Origin: an uncultured Acidobacteriota bacterium
GTDB taxonomy: Bacteria > Acidobacteriota > UBA6911 > RPQK01 > JAPXNP01
DNA length: 64,000 nt
Direction: 5' to 3'
Assembly (NCBI GenBank): GCA_963777605.1
Contig: CAVZRV010000028.1
Location: 32,001 to 96,000, forward strand
In this document: one piece after another, positions 63,766-64,000 of the stretch
Position numbering within the stretch: the first letter of the stretch is position 1
Layout: every line of letters begins with the position of its first letter
Position numbers and translations under genes: made by a program
Notes under the pieces: generated by a model
Databases searched by the model: none
Seen by the model: the letters and a program-made list of their open reading frames with translations, nothing else
Told to the model about the DNA's origin: nothing

Positions 63766-64000
63766 TTCTCACCTTCCGAAACGTTTCGGGTTATCACGAT
63801 GATCCCGGGATGCTTCTTCGGCTTCGCTTCGCCGAAGAGGGACTGCGGCTTCGTTTCAACGAAAAAGACCAGGTTGTCCCTGGTCCAGTCAAACTCAAAG
63901 CTGTCAGGAGCCATGTGCTCCCGGGTCAGCAGCCTGGCCAGGCAAGAGTTGTAAAGTGCCTCTGTTTCAAGTGGGGAAAGGATTGTCGGTTCCTGGTGCG
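63762..64000 (-). CDS. 3' end of a hypothetical CDS entering from the window edge
   Basis: Open frame HQEPTILSPLETEALY...NVSEGEN* whose TGA overlaps the TTG start of the C69 gene. Confidence 0.5.
   Translation of the reverse strand, partial: HQEPTILSPLETEALYNSCLARLLTREHMAPDSFEFDWTRDNLVFFVETKPQSLFGEAKPKKHPGIIVITRNVSEGEN

Noticed and set aside
1-64000. tRNA, rRNA, prophage or reverse-transcriptase (retron/DGR) genes
   Set aside because: No complete cloverleaf, rRNA-like stretch, phage structural gene or RT motif was recognised by eye.

Overview
A GC-rich bacterial window. The protein families (SBBP repeats, CSLREA beta-helix proteins, a Tat-exported Gfo/Idh/MocA enzyme) suggest Acidobacteriota; this is inference. 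1-3 kb holds gene remnants and a DUF3089 gene between two IS91-like (Y2) transposase pieces. 3.3-25.4 kb holds two near-identical Y1/RAYT-like HUH transposase elements, a primase-helicase-DUF559 fusion, a Rieske/cytochrome b/nonaheme cytochrome c operon and several hydrolases. 25.7-59.8 kb is a cell-surface island. It has two parallel minus-strand operons in which cohesin-bearing genes precede a dockerin-bearing gene, an unnamed two-lobed 'FPQ...TGIA' domain in five proteins, two paralogous FG-GAP/CSLREA giants, mltF and an Lgt paralog. Two candidate undescribed systems stand out. (1) A non-cellulolytic cohesin-dockerin surface-display system in which the FPQ domain may be the anchor. (2) About 25 intergenic copies of a non-palindromic AGYCTGTCCCYT motif that marks the end of the RAYT-like element and is repeatedly flanked by micro-duplications, a hairpin and a 32-nt copy of a neighbouring gene. 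Many large genes are frameshifted, which may be sequencing error. All domain calls are by eye; no database search was run.
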